NCBI RefSeq assembly: GCF_006345805.1 | Contig: NC_043013.1 | Coordinates: forward strand, 21,452,001 to 21,516,000 | Length of the DNA stretch: 64,000 nucleotides | Direction: 5' to 3' | From: Octopus sinensis | Lineage: Eukaryota | In this document: in pieces, positions 1-11,987 of the stretch | How the letters are laid out: every line of letters starts with the position of its first letter | How positions within the stretch are numbered: the first letter of the stretch is position 1 | Notes under the pieces: generated by a model | The model's input: only the letters and a program-made list of their open reading frames with translations | Told to the model about the DNA's origin: nothing | Databases searched by the model: none | Translations under genes and position numbers: made by a program

Positions 1-355
1 CCATTTAACAAAACGACCGAGAAAGACATAAACATAAAGCCTAAGACTTATTTCGTTATAAGACTTCTGTGTTTTCGTATCTTATATTACAACTAAAAGT
101 TTCTTCACTTTTTTTTTAGCAAAACTAAAACTTAATAACTTCATACGCCGATTTACTACGTCTTCCCATATCAGTGAAACCTTGTTGAAGTTTAATTTCT
201 CTAAAATTGAACCGAAATCAATTAAATATTTATCATCACACATTCCTGATATCTGTATGGCACCATCTTCTTACATAGTATAGCTTAAAAACTTCTAGCA
301 TATAAAGTTGATATTTAATAATATTCCAAACAATAAACTCTTCGTTTATGTTCAA

Positions 356-754
356 CTAGCAGTATCGCCCGGCGTTGCTCGGGTTTGTAAGGGAAATAAC
401 TATATAAGCATTTTTAGAGATGTAAAGTATAATAGCCATCTCAATATGGCTAACCACAAAGGGGGGGTGTTACTGTAGCTTTTTACGTTCTGAGATTTAA
501 TAATAAATTTTTAGAGAGTTACTTCCCATATATATGCCAAAAATGCATTAAAAATGGGAAAAATTTATGGTAAATTATTTTTAAAGTCGTAGACTCATCG
601 TAGACGCGCGCTAATACCCAGAAGGGCTCGATATAAATCACGACTATAAGATACCCGGTTTTGGTTAAACTGCACCGCAAAATGGGGGAGTAGTTAGGAA
701 TCTAAATCGTAGGAGACAGACAGCACACAACCTCACTTTTATATATAAAGAAGA
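356..754 (-). mobile_element. Non-autonomous Helitron (~400 bp)
   Basis: Minus strand starts TC (754-753) and ends CTAG (359-356). A GC-rich subterminal hairpin (plus strand gcccggcgttgctcgggt, ~367-384) is present, and the element sits between A and T with no TSD. These are Helitron hallmarks. Confidence 0.8.
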
Positions 755-1408
755 TTATAATACTTGGTGTGTAAGTATTTGGAACATTATTAACTGCTTC
801 GATCTGCGCGAAGGCCGTGACGCAACTGCTTCCTCGAGATTGAATAAAAGAAAACGTGATGGAAATAGTCAAACTGTTTACGTTTGAAGACAGCGATCTG
901 GCAGAATGGTAAGAAGTCCTTATCGATGCGAGAATAAAACATCAAATGATGATGTCCACCATTTTAGGATTAAGGAATAGGGACTGTATTACGAAAAAAT
1001 CTTACTGTTTCAGGGAGAAAGAGACAGGGAAAGTGAGAGAAAGAGACAGACAGATATGGTTGAAATAGTGACCCGTGGGTTTGGAATATTTACTCGTGTT
1101 GCACAAAACTGAAAAGTTTGGGTTTTTATGAGAGTTTGGCGGTTTCGCTTACCGAATGAGCTAATCATAGCAATAGGTTCTTCATTATAAAAACTGTAGA
1201 GATTAGAAGAGATCAAAATACAGAGGAATTTCTGACTTCAGGGATTCTAAACTTTCTCTTACTTTTTGCTCTCTGTTTCGAACCCGAGAGACCATAATTT
1301 GTCCTGATTAAATCGAAAAGAAATGAAAATCCGATACCACATCCAACAACATACAGGAACGGTGGCGTAAATATCAGAGGATTTTAGAAGTTGTAGAAAC
1401 GCCTAAGA

Positions 1409-1590
1409 AAGATGATGATGATTACTATCATCATTATGACGATGATTGTGGAGAAAGTGATTGTAATAATGGTGGTGGTGGTGGTGGATGTAGTGATAAG
1501 GGATATTAATAGATTAATGGCGGTTGTGATGGCTGTGATTGTGCTAATGATTGTCCTGATGGTTGTGATGGTGGTGATAATGGTAATTGT
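1409..1590. repeat. Degenerate trinucleotide (GAT/GGT/GTT) low-complexity tract
   Basis: Visible gat/ggt runs; they explain the Met/Val/Ile/Thr-rich ORFs at 1384-1759. Confidence 0.85.
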
Positions 1591-3079
1591 GCTGAAAACA
1601 GAAACGACCGATAAAGAACATGGACCAAACCTTACTACCAATAAGCGCGACGAATGTAAGAATATTTTCTCTGTAACCAATTTTATAGTATTCCAACCAC
1701 AGACCGAAATGCAGCTCCTTCAATTTACACCTACGTTGAAATGTCACAGTTTAAAATAAATAGTGAAAATAATCGCTGGTTATTTTTTATTCTCTTAAAG
1801 GTAAATATGTGAAAGCACACATGCACGCATAGCTTTACTCCCTTCTTTCTCCTTAACCGGTAAGCTAACAAGTCCCTACGTAAATTAGCTGCCTAAATTC
1901 GGCATTTTATCTCAGAAAGTACCTGATATAAACAAAGATCGTAAGACAGTTGAGATGAGAAGTTTATATCAAGAAATTGATCAAATGTTTAAAGGAATAT
2001 TTTTTTAAACAAATCTTGAAATCATGCCGTACCGTTAAAAAAGCTAAGCCAAAAATTCGTTGGACAATGTTGTACTAAATATAAAATACTCGTGGTTGGA
2101 ACATTCAATCATAGTTCTATTCTGTCAGATATTACTTTGAACAAAACAACTAAATTCTCTTTGGAAATATTCCGTCTATATAACATAAGTCTACTCTATT
2201 AGGGCCGGCTTAGAGCTAAACAGATAAATTCTCCTCAGTAACACACCTAGACATCGTCTTCCGCAGTTTCGTCATTATCCAAGGAAAACGGAAGTTTCTC
2301 AGTCGATAATGTAAATTCCGAATTAGAAGCAGTTTTTTTTTTTATTATTTAAAGTATTTTTTCTGTCACATCCCTAAAATCAGATAGATTTTGACAAGCT
2401 ATAGAATTTAACTAATTTGTCGACTTTTTACGGAAAGCTGACAAAGAAGCAATTTAACATTTCATATTCCTAAAGATTGTCACCGAATTTCTTAAAGCAA
2501 AAAAAAAGACAGAGACTAAACAATTCGCTTAATTACGTCGACTAATTTTTTCCGTTGGCTTTTTTTATTAATTAAAATATGTCGATTTATTGAACATGTG
2601 ACGAGGCTTGAGTGTTAAGTAATCTAAGTTTTATACTTGTTTTCATTCCAAACACATGAGTCACCCTACCATCAGCTCGCCGATCCAAGAATTGTTGGGT
2701 GTCACTTCCACTCCACAGCCCAAATCTGAGTGCTTGAATTCCATCCCCCACCTATCCTACTCTCCCGAATTTGAAAGTGAATTTTTGGTTGGAAATAGCT
2801 GATTTTTGTTTGTGCCAAAATAATCTGAAACCAACATTTAATTTTGGCATTATTGTGGTTCTGTGTCAAATTTAAAGTGAATATATTCCACGAGCTTAAA
2901 ATGGATCCATACCGTAGCTATTCCCTTCAATAGGGGCTATTATGTCCAAGTATGGAATGCGCTTGATGGTTGTCGCAATGTTTGAAACATTTGTTTAGTA
3001 CTACTTCTTCAGAGCTTTCTAGATGCCGGCTACTTACATTAATTACTGCTTTCACGGGTGGATGACGAATTTCAGTCTT

Positions 3080-3480
3080 CATTCTCTGACCTTTGAATTT
3101 CATAAACTTCTTAATCTGGCGTGTCTTCACCATTTTAAATTCTTTCATGCACGACTTTTCTAGGTCTTGTTGGATTCTCTTTCCATCATCATCTCTGGTT
3201 ATTTTCCTAAGTAATGAAGATAACCTCTCTTTGATTTCGTTATTTATTTTTTCCAGCGGTTGTAGTGTATCCTCTCATGGACGAGGGCATGTCCTGCCCT
3301 TTCTGCTACTCTTCTAGCTTTATATGAATCCACTGATGTCATTATATTCAAGCCAGGTGGTACTAGCTTTGAATCTCTACATCTACACAGGTAAGTTAGA
3401 TGGTTTGAAAGACGAGCTAGTTTTTAATGGAGTTTCTCTATATGTCTCCATTGCAGTCTAATGTCGGTTCCGTACCTAAA
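3080..3480 (-). mobile_element. Decayed N-terminal segment of a Penelope-like element ORF
   Basis: Manual minus-strand translation gives RYGTDIRLQWRHIEKLH*KLARLSNHLTYLCRCRDSKLVPPGL...ARRVAERAGHALVHERI, then after a frameshift NEIKERLSSLL...KTRQIKKF. This resembles the PLE N-terminal pattern NHL.FL.RC..LVP.GL...LL.ERI...K.RQ.KKF. Confidence 0.65.
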
Positions 3481-4461
3481 ATGGATGACTAAATATTTGA
3501 TATTTGTTTACAGTTGTCAGTCACTTACCCGGACAATGTTTCTTTAAATGACCCGAGATTTCCGCAATAGATAATAAAATCCAGCAAACTTGTTACACAG
3601 GGATAATTATAACCAGCTTAGAACAGTTGTGATTATTAAACTGGATTATCTTGGTAGAAAAATGTCAACTTGTCTAACTGGTGTAATCCGAATGAGTTTG
3701 GGATTAATTTGGCAAATTTGAGAAAGCGACCCTGTCTAAATATATGATGCAACTTTTTTAATGTTTTGATGTCGAAGAAGGGCCTGTGCCCATGGACTTA
3801 GTGATATTTCCCCAAAATCAGCAACATTTTTCTCTTGATTTATTATAAGTTGGTGAGTTTAGAAAACCATGGATAAGAGGAAATTTCAGAGACTCAATGC
3901 TCTATGGAAGAAGGAATGGGTGAAGTAGATACACTGTAGGTTATATTGACTGTAGCTGGCATAAGGTCAGCTGCGAGGAGCAGAACCCATTATAGTAACA
4001 GTAGAAAAGGCAGGAATAGGAGATAGCACGTCTGTCGACCTGAGAATAGAGATTTTATATAAGTTTGTCTGGTGGCAGTTTCGGGGTGCAATCTAGAATG
4101 TCAGCAATAGTCATAGCAGCGCCGATTCATATGTGAAAGATATTCCGTTTGTCACAACTTGAACACGAACTCGTGAACTATGAGTAGAGATTAGTTTACT
4201 TTATTGACGTGAACATTTGGCCTAGCATGCTGACAATTTACTGTGAGACAAGTATAATTACCTGTAACTTGCTTTCCTACATACAAGGGATTGTTGCAGT
4301 TTGCTAAATCCACAAAAAAAGTGGAACTAGATAGATTAAAAAGATTTACTGCTTCGCAACCACTTCTACGCCCTTTATCCTATGTTTGATCAAATTAGAT
4401 ACTGTTTAGTTAATTAGAAAAAAAAGGCGCCCCACTAGATTTTGAGATGTAAAACTTTGGC

Positions 4462-4516
<55 letters not shown>

Positions 4517-4517
<1 letters not shown>

Positions 4518-4886
4518 CTACGGCACTCCATCGGTTACGACGACAAGGGTTCCCGTTGATCCAATCAACGGAACAGCCTGCTTGTGAAATTAATGTGCAA
4601 GTGGCTGAGCACTCCACAGTCCCTTGTACTCTTAACGTAGTTCTCGGGGGAGATTCAGTGTGACAATGCTGGCCTTTTGAAATACAGGTACAACAGAAAC
4701 AGGAAGAAAGAATGAAAGATGTGGTGAAAGAGTACATGAGGGTTCGTCACCATCCCCTGCCAGAGCCTCGTGGAGCTTTTTAGATGTTTTCGCTCAATAA
4801 ACACTCACAACGCCCGGTCTGGGAATCAAAACCGCGATCCTTTGACCGCGAGTCCGCTGCCTGAATCACTGGGCCATTGCGCCTCC
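4517..4886 (-). mobile_element. tRNA-derived SINE, family A (head GGAGGCGCAATGGCCCAGTG; probably an octopus OR-type family)
   Basis: tRNA-like A/B boxes on the minus strand; closely matches the copy at 46825-47206; ends at a (TA)n tract. The family name is from memory and unverified. Confidence 0.85.
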
Positions 4887-4916
4887 ACATGTGTATATAA
4901 TACTACATATGTGTTC

Positions 4917-5365
4917 AAAGGAAGCGAGCTGGCAGAATCGTTAGCACGCCGGGCAAAATGCTTAGCGTTATTTCGCCTGTCTTTACGTTCTGAGTTCAAA
5001 TTCCGCCGAGGTCGACTTTGCCTTTCATCCTTTCGGAGTCGATAAATTAAGTACCAGTTGCGTACTGGGGTTGATCTAATCGACTGCCCCCTCTCCAAAA
5101 ATTTCGGGCTTTGTACCTAGAGTAGAAAAGAATATATGTGCGTTCAAAAATTGAGAGAGTAAAGCGTAACTGCAAGAATCGCTTAAGGTAGCTAGCAAGC
5201 AGAAAGTTAGCGCACCGAATAAAATGCTTAGTGGCATTTCTTCCGGCTTTACGTTCTGAGTTCAAATGCCGCCATTGTAGACTTTGCCTTTCATCCTTTG
5301 GAAGTCGATAAAATAAGTATCAGTTGAGCACAATCGACTTAGGCCTTTCACTCAAAATTGCTGCT
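4917..5365 (+). mobile_element. Two adjacent SINE family B copies (head AAGGCGGCGAGCTGGCAG, Nin/Deu-like central domain)
   Basis: B box GAGTTCAAATTCC and the motif GCCTTTCATCCTTTCGG.GTCGATAAA.TAAGTACCAG recur in many copies across the window. Confidence 0.85.
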
Positions 5366-5696
5366 TTCTGGAGAAGTGGCTTCCTAAAAACAAGACAAAA
5401 AACTTCTAAAGCAAAACTCTTTAAAATAGATTTATTATTGCCTGTATTACTAAGTAGTCAAGTGTGTTATTCGGACATGGGTTCAAAAGTTTAATAGGAT
5501 CAAATGAAAGCCTGAATTACACAACAATTTACCGATATTCTTTGCAGTGATCAGTACAACCTTTTAAAATTGAAGAGCAAAGGAAGGTCATCGATACAAA
5601 TGAGGACATAATTTAGGAAGGTCATTAACGATTAAATCAGAAATAAAGCCGTTAAAACAACTGGTATAACCCTGAATAAAAATAATTGAAATATTG

Positions 5697-8156
5697 TCAT
5701 TGTTTTATTGTCTGAAATATTATTAAAGCTGGCCACTCTGTAAACTGAGAAACAGCAAGATAACCCATAGCATCAATATCAATAGATTTAGGTCGGAGAA
5801 GACCATCTTGTGAAGTCAGTAAAACATTCATAGAACGACCATCAAAATCAAAACACAAAATACGATTGCTGCCAACATCAGAGACAAAAATAGAAAAATT
5901 ATCAGAAGTTACATCTGCCGGACATTTCAGTTGATTTTTTGAGTCGCCATAAATTTCATACAAAATTGTTCCATTCCAATTAAAAGCAAGAACACGGTTT
6001 CCAAAACAATCAGCCACGACGATGGTTTCATCTGAAGCTTGACACAAGTTACAAGCGTATCCCCATGGTTTGACGTTTAAAGATATTTGTTTAAGAACCA
6101 GAAATTCCTGATTAACTTGGTCGAACTCCAGAATGTCAACACTGGTAGAAAATGGTACTGTTGCAAAAAGATAATCAGAATTGTTACCTTTTCCGGATGC
6201 CAAACCAAAATATCCTTTTCTCGTAGAAATTCTAATATCAATTTCTAAATTAGGCTCGTAACTTAGAAACAATATCTTTGAGTCATGTGGGAAAGTTACT
6301 AATAGAATTGCCTCTTTCCATAAACACACGCCTACCGGCGGGGTAGAGAATGTCAACTCACCTAGAAGCGTCCCTTGAAATGAAAACAATTTGACTTGGT
6401 AATTTTGGGGAGATGATAACAAAACTCGATGTTTAGGGAGAATTGCAACACTGTTGATCTCCGTGTGGGCATTTGTTTCCGTCCCACATTTGGTGCCACA
6501 GACAATCAGCTTTCTCGGTGAACACTCCTTCAAACATTCCTCTAAGATATTGCTATTATGAGGAAATGGTGTAGATACTGAAGAACGAGACAATGGTAAG
6601 TCAAGGTTTTCTTTGACCTTTATGTAACCAAATGGATGCGCCTGTAGATCAAGGAAACTTCTTATAACAAACATATTTAATTCAAATAACGGCTGTAAAT
6701 ATAAACTTTTTGTGTTGTTCTTAAAGTCTTTAATAACTGGTGCATCCACTTCAAGGAATGCTGGGGACATAGTTTCCTCGATTTTAGACTTTAACATCTG
6801 AGAGTAAGAAGAAAGAATTGTCTTCACTTTTTCAATCTTCGAATATTGCAAAGTCAACTCTTTCAATCCAAAATCCTGACTCTTGTCCAATTCTTCTATA
6901 AGTGTGTCATGCTTATATTTTATTAAATTAATTATAAAGTTTGTTAATTGATTCACCACTTTGCAAAGGTTCAAACATTTTTTCTTGTACTGCTCAACTT
7001 GTTCTTCAATTTCAAACATGACAATTTCCAAAACATTCGTCTTTATCTCAAGTTGCTGGGTCAACCGTATCGCCAGATCTTTGTTCATTCTTATTTGGCA
7101 GTTCTGATGTTTTTCAATGATGCAAAAGAAACAAAGTGAACATTGACATGTAATACAAAATATTGATGAATCTGGATCTGTAACGCAATTACATTTTATC
7201 AAGTTAATAGGATCTGTCGACATCCGAAGTGTTGAATCAGTTTTCAGATCTAAAACAACATCCACAGAATTATAGTCGCTGTTGGCAGAAAATATTTCAT
7301 AGTTTTCGAATAAATTAAAATCAAGGGAACAATCAGTCGCTGACGTGACCTGATCGGTTGAACCGAGAAGTGAGCAAGGGTCTGAAATACTAGAGTCGTC
7401 CATGAATGTAGCATCGAAAACTGGAATCTTTTTTGTGTGAAATGTTTCAGTCGAACCCTGATAAGTAAATGTTAGGTTATCGGAGGGACAGCAAACTTTG
7501 TTCAATCTCTGTTGTTTAGCTTGGGCTCCTTCTGGGCAGATTGTAATATCATTTATAAAATCTGGTTGCAAGAATTTTATCTCTGCAGTTTCTAGATTAT
7601 CCAAAACTTTTTTACTTCTGTCACTAAATTTTAAATTTAAGGTTTCGTTTCCGTCGTCAGAAGAATTTGTTTCACTTGATTTTGTAGAATTAGCACACAC
7701 TACATTATCAATTCCCCTTTTCCGAGAGATACTGTCACCATTAAGAGACATTTCAGAAGTGTTGTTCTTCAATTTGTTCAATGGAATTTTAATCTTTACT
7801 GACTTCGCTGGACTGTGTGTATCTGACAGAGATAATTTCGGATTACGAGTATTAAACTTTTGATCAAACCAATAATCTAAACCAGTTCTTCGATTTGGCA
7901 TATCACAGGCTTTAGAATATGTTCTTAATATCTTTTCTTCAGTATTAATATTGATACATAACAGAGCGTTTAAATCACAAATTGGACAAGGCGTGAGAGA
8001 ATCGTTAAATCCAGTTTCCGGAACAAGATATTGAGTGAAATAATTAATACAGCTAAAACAGAACGTATGGCCGCAAAATAATTTTTGAGGTTTCGTGGAA
8101 TTTCTCCAACAAATTTTACATTGTGGTGATAAATTTGATACGCTTGCTATAGCCAT
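5697..8156 (-). CDS. Intronless TRIM-NHL-like E3 ligase: RING, long linker, B-box-like, coiled coil, NHL beta-propeller (819 aa)
   Basis: C3HC4 RING at aa 13-60 (CKIC...CGHTFCFSC...CPIC); B-box-like segment at aa 322-353 (C.C...FCITCQCSLCFFCIIEKH..C); helical coiled coil after it; NHL-like repeats at the C-terminus (IVVADCFGNRVLAFNWNG, CPADVTSD..IFVSDVGSNRILCFD, RPKSIDID). Uninterrupted ATG-to-TGA frame. Confidence 0.9.
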   Translation of the reverse strand: MAIASVSNLSPQCKICWRNSTKPQKLFCGHTFCFSCINYFTQYLVPETGFNDSLTPCPICDLNALLCININTEEKILRTYSKACDMPNRRTGLDYWFDQKFNTRNPKLSLSDTHSPAKSVKIKIPLNKLKNNTSEMSLNGDSISRKRGIDNVVCANSTKSSETNSSDDGNETLNLKFSDRSKKVLDNLETAEIKFLQPDFINDITICPEGAQAKQQRLNKVCCPSDNLTFTYQGSTETFHTKKIPVFDATFMDDSSISDPCSLLGSTDQVTSATDCSLDFNLFENYEIFSANSDYNSVDVVLDLKTDSTLRMSTDPINLIKCNCVTDPDSSIFCITCQCSLCFFCIIEKHQNCQIRMNKDLAIRLTQQLEIKTNVLEIVMFEIEEQVEQYKKKCLNLCKVVNQLTNFIINLIKYKHDTLIEELDKSQDFGLKELTLQYSKIEKVKTILSSYSQMLKSKIEETMSPAFLEVDAPVIKDFKNNTKSLYLQPLFELNMFVIRSFLDLQAHPFGYIKVKENLDLPLSRSSVSTPFPHNSNILEECLKECSPRKLIVCGTKCGTETNAHTEINSVAILPKHRVLLSSPQNYQVKLFSFQGTLLGELTFSTPPVGVCLWKEAILLVTFPHDSKILFLSYEPNLEIDIRISTRKGYFGLASGKGNNSDYLFATVPFSTSVDILEFDQVNQEFLVLKQISLNVKPWGYACNLCQASDETIVVADCFGNRVLAFNWNGTILYEIYGDSKNQLKCPADVTSDNFSIFVSDVGSNRILCFDFDGRSMNVLLTSQDGLLRPKSIDIDAMGYLAVSQFTEWPALIIFQTIKQ

Positions 8157-8702
8157 ACTTGTAAACAGGTGTTGAAGTTGGACTCTACTATGCCGGGGAG
8201 ATCACAATATTCACGGGTAAACTACTCGGTCAACATTTACTTATATTTATGTGTTCTAGTAAAATACCGTATTTTTATTAATACATGTAAATCAGTTCTA
8301 AGCATGCTTAAACATGGAGGTGGAAAATCCTACACTGAAATCCAGAATCACGAGTTCAATTTCTTTGAGGATACCCAAAATGTTTCATTTTATTTCAGAC
8401 ATCTATCAATGAAACTATCATGATTAAATCTGTAATTTATTGTATTGTCCTGTTTTGAGATTCGATCTCTTGACTGTTTACCACTAAACATTTGGTAATT
8501 ATTCAGTTAAGTCTGTTCTTCACAATTAAGACACTAACCTCTCTGTCTCCACTTCTTCTGGACTGATAAAAGTAATCGGAGATATAATGTTTTCCCTTCA
8601 CTTTATTGTTATGTCTTCGAGACAGAGAAACCTTCACTGCGTCCCTCTGAAATTAACCGAAGGATTTCTATATGTATAGGGAGATGATTATGCTGTGTTC
8701 AT

Positions 8703-8850
8703 AAGGCGGCGAGCTGACACAAGCGTTAGCACGCTGGGCGAAATGCTTAGCGTTATTTCGCCTGTCTTTACGTTCTGAGTTCAAATTCCGCCGAGGTCGA
8801 CTTTGCTTTTCATCCTTTCGGAGTCGATAAAATCAGTACCAGTTGAACAC
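8703..8850 (+). mobile_element. SINE family B, 3'-truncated
   Basis: AAGGCGGCGAGCTG head, B box and Nin-like core. Confidence 0.85.
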
Positions 8851-9146
8851 TGCAAGAAGCTTTTCACCCTTCGACTGGTTTGTGTTGCGGCCAAGGTGTG
8901 AGGCGTCACAACCCTAGACTAATTTGTGCTGCAGTCAATTCGCGAAGAGTCCCGCCCCTTGGCGACAAACATGAACTGCAATGACGATTCAGTGAGAATG
9001 GAATATTACCGATATCGTTAATTTGTGTTCTATTTATGTTCATCCAACAAACTTTAATTATTGGAAAATACATCTGATATTTCTTTTAAGATGACAAACA
9101 CCTCTTAGTTTTGTAGAGATTTTTTCATATTTCTACAACGAAAAAA
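8851..9146. repeat. Copy 1 of a ~295-bp local direct duplication upstream of the TRIM ORF
   Basis: Aligns by eye along its whole length with 9715-10010, with scattered substitutions and small indels. Confidence 0.9.
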
Positions 9147-9714
9147 TAATTTCACCATTCCATTCCATTTCTTTTTACATTAGCAACTGTTTCTTCCCTC
9201 CTCCAGGCTTTCTCCTTTCTAAGGAGCCACCAAAGAGAGAACAAACAAAACATGGGACAATAACATATGAAAATGACTGATATGGAATTGTACAAATGAG
9301 GATGAGACCTGGTGGTTACGTTTTTACAATTCATTCAAATGTTTCTACAATTTATTTTTTCTTATAAAACGTTCATTGTCCATTCAAAGTTCTCTTTTTT
9401 TCTAATAATTAAGTCTCAATAATTTTTTAATGTCCTTCTTTATATCATCATATTCTACCATTGGGGGACGGGGTTCATTTCTCACCTTCTGCCGCAGAGG
9501 GTTCACTTTCGATGGAAATGTTTCTTTTAATGTTCCAAATCTTTCTTCATTTACCAAAATGCACGTCTTGTCCTTGTCGTAACCCTCTGTTAATTTTACT
9601 CTTGTAACATTTTTCATTTTCGTTTAAAATGTATTAAACTCAAACTACTTGTTGCGGCAGTTGCCATTCCAGTCGTCCTGGGGCCGCGTCACCACTAGCT
9701 TATCATGCGATCAA

Positions 9715-10010
9715 TGCAAGAAGCTGCTTTTCACCTTTCGACTGGTTTATGTTGCGGCCAAGGTGTGAGGCGTCACAACCCTAGACTAATTTGTGCTGCA
9801 GTCAATTCGTGAAGCGTCACACCCATTGGCGACAAACATTAACTGCAATGACGATTCAGTGAGAATGGAAAATATCGATATCTATAACTTGTGTTCTATT
9901 TATGTTCATCCAACAAACTTTAATTATTGGAAAATACATTTGATGTTTCTTTTAAGGTGACAAACACCTCTTAGTTTTATGGGGTTTTTCATATTTCTAC
10001 AACGAAAAAA
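9715..10010. repeat. Copy 2 of the ~295-bp local direct duplication
   Basis: tgcaagaagc...ctacaacgaaaaaa matches 8851-9146. Confidence 0.9.
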
Positions 10011-10032
10011 TCTATTTTTTTACCCTTTTGAA

Positions 10033-10090
10033 GGCATATGGGGCTTTGGTTAGAGCGTTCGTCTCATGATCATAAGGTCGTGTGTTCGAT
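10033..10090 (+). mobile_element. Degenerate tRNA-like SINE head
   Basis: TGGTTAGAGC (A box) and GTTCGATTC (B box) at tRNA-like spacing, but no acceptor stem. Confidence 0.5.
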
Positions 10091-11938
10091 TCATTGACCA
10101 GTTATCAGTCTACTCAGCTGAAAGGAGTTCCACCCAAGTACTGGGAAAGCTCCCTCTTCTTCCATCTGTCGATGTTCCTTGGGATCAAAATCTTCGATGC
10201 TCCTTGGTATCAAAAATGGGTGGGCCCATTTTATATCGATTCGCAACTCCATAAATACCTAAAACAATTAACGAAATCATAATAAACGTTACTTTTGTGC
10301 CATTGCTACCATGTCATTCTTGCGAGTGACAAAACTTCCTTTTTTTAACTCAGACTAAAACTATATTCTAATTTCGATGCTGGAAGATTTAGAGATAAAT
10401 AATAAAGGCTTTTGCGAGGACTTTAACACCAGTGAATTTAAATACTCAATCTTGAGACGCGTTGTTACAACTACTGCTAAGATACATTTGTGCACTTATG
10501 ATTTTCACATAATGATGCACTGTAATCTAAATTTGTGTGTTTTATAATGGATAAAAAAAGAGTCGTTCTACCGGTCTATCTCCGATTCCGATTTTAAAAA
10601 ACATAACAATACCCAGCATGATATTTGATAAAACACTTTGCAGAATGTCTCCTCATATATAACAGTAAATATCTAACTGAAAATCTGTTTGAAGGTGTCT
10701 TACTACAAATGACATATGAACATGATAGAGAACCTAGAATATATCAGAGCCACATAAATAACATTTTACAGGTGGAAATATGGAGAGAAAAAATATTTTC
10801 TGAATGAATAGCAAATTGCAACGGGTGACAGTTGTAGCAGCTCAACAAGGAGATTCGCAGATAATCAAACTGAAAATAGGATTTTCACCTTCGTATTCTC
10901 GTGTGAATTTGTCGAGGACGATAAAGAGAACAAAGGTAAATCAACAGATTTTAATATGATTAAGAAATGTGCAGAACAGATAAGACTAAAAAACAGAGAA
11001 AGACTGGAAGCTGAATAGCGAAAGAGAAATTGTGAAAGAGTTAAAAAGAGTTTAATAGGGAATATACGGGGAAAAAAACGGAAAGGTGATTTAGAAAGAA
11101 AATAGTAAAAACGTAGTGAAGGAAGATAAGTCAAGATAATTCGAAATATTTTCAAAATAAGTCTAAAGTTGGTACATGTCAAGTAAATAACTTGATCCGA
11201 GACTGTTTTAATCCAGGATCAAGTACATCGTGGAAAAGCCGTTTGATAACACATAAAAGCTGTTAAGTTCCTTCATCACTAATGCGGTTCGACTATAGCA
11301 GAGTTATAGTGGAATTGTTTCACTTAAAAATTAAGTTTAAAATAAATTTTAAAGTTTTGCATTTTACTGAATGGTTCTTCCAAGACTTAGTTGCTAAAAT
11401 GATTTTCCATAAATTTTTGCGAAATTTATAAGCTTTCAGTTCCCACTTTGTTGACAACACGACAAAATATCTGCCATAGATGTCGCTCTCTCCAAATTGC
11501 ATTTTGTAACCAATTATGATTTTTCATAATTAAATCCAGCGGAAAGACCAATGGATCGGCAGTCTCATTTCGATCCCGTTGCGTGGCACTTTGGGTAAGT
11601 GTCTTCTACTATCGCATCTGATCTACCAAAGCTTTGTGTGCAATTAAGTAAGCTAAAACGCTTTAGAATTCTGAAGGAGGGAGTATTCCCATTCTAGGTT
11701 GGTAGATTTAATCAGTCTTCTAGTTTAACATTACTGGATCATCGAAGAATCCAGTTTCATGAATTTCAACTGGGTCTCAGGTCTGTGGATAACTGCCTCC
11801 TTTCAGTCATATGGACCCTGTAAATGAGCTCATAGATTAATCAGCGAGGGAAATAAAACTGTTATTTTACCACTGACTGAGTATATTCAAAGTAAGCAGC
11901 TACCAAGACTGGGGTCGATATAATTGATTATAATCACG

Positions 11939-11987
<49 letters not shown>

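Noticed and set aside
9402-9617. 71-aa ORF as an extra N-terminal exon of the TRIM protein
   Set aside because: Its donor is phase 0, the available acceptors before the TRIM ATG are phase 1 or 2, and an in-frame stop lies ~46 nt upstream of the ATG.
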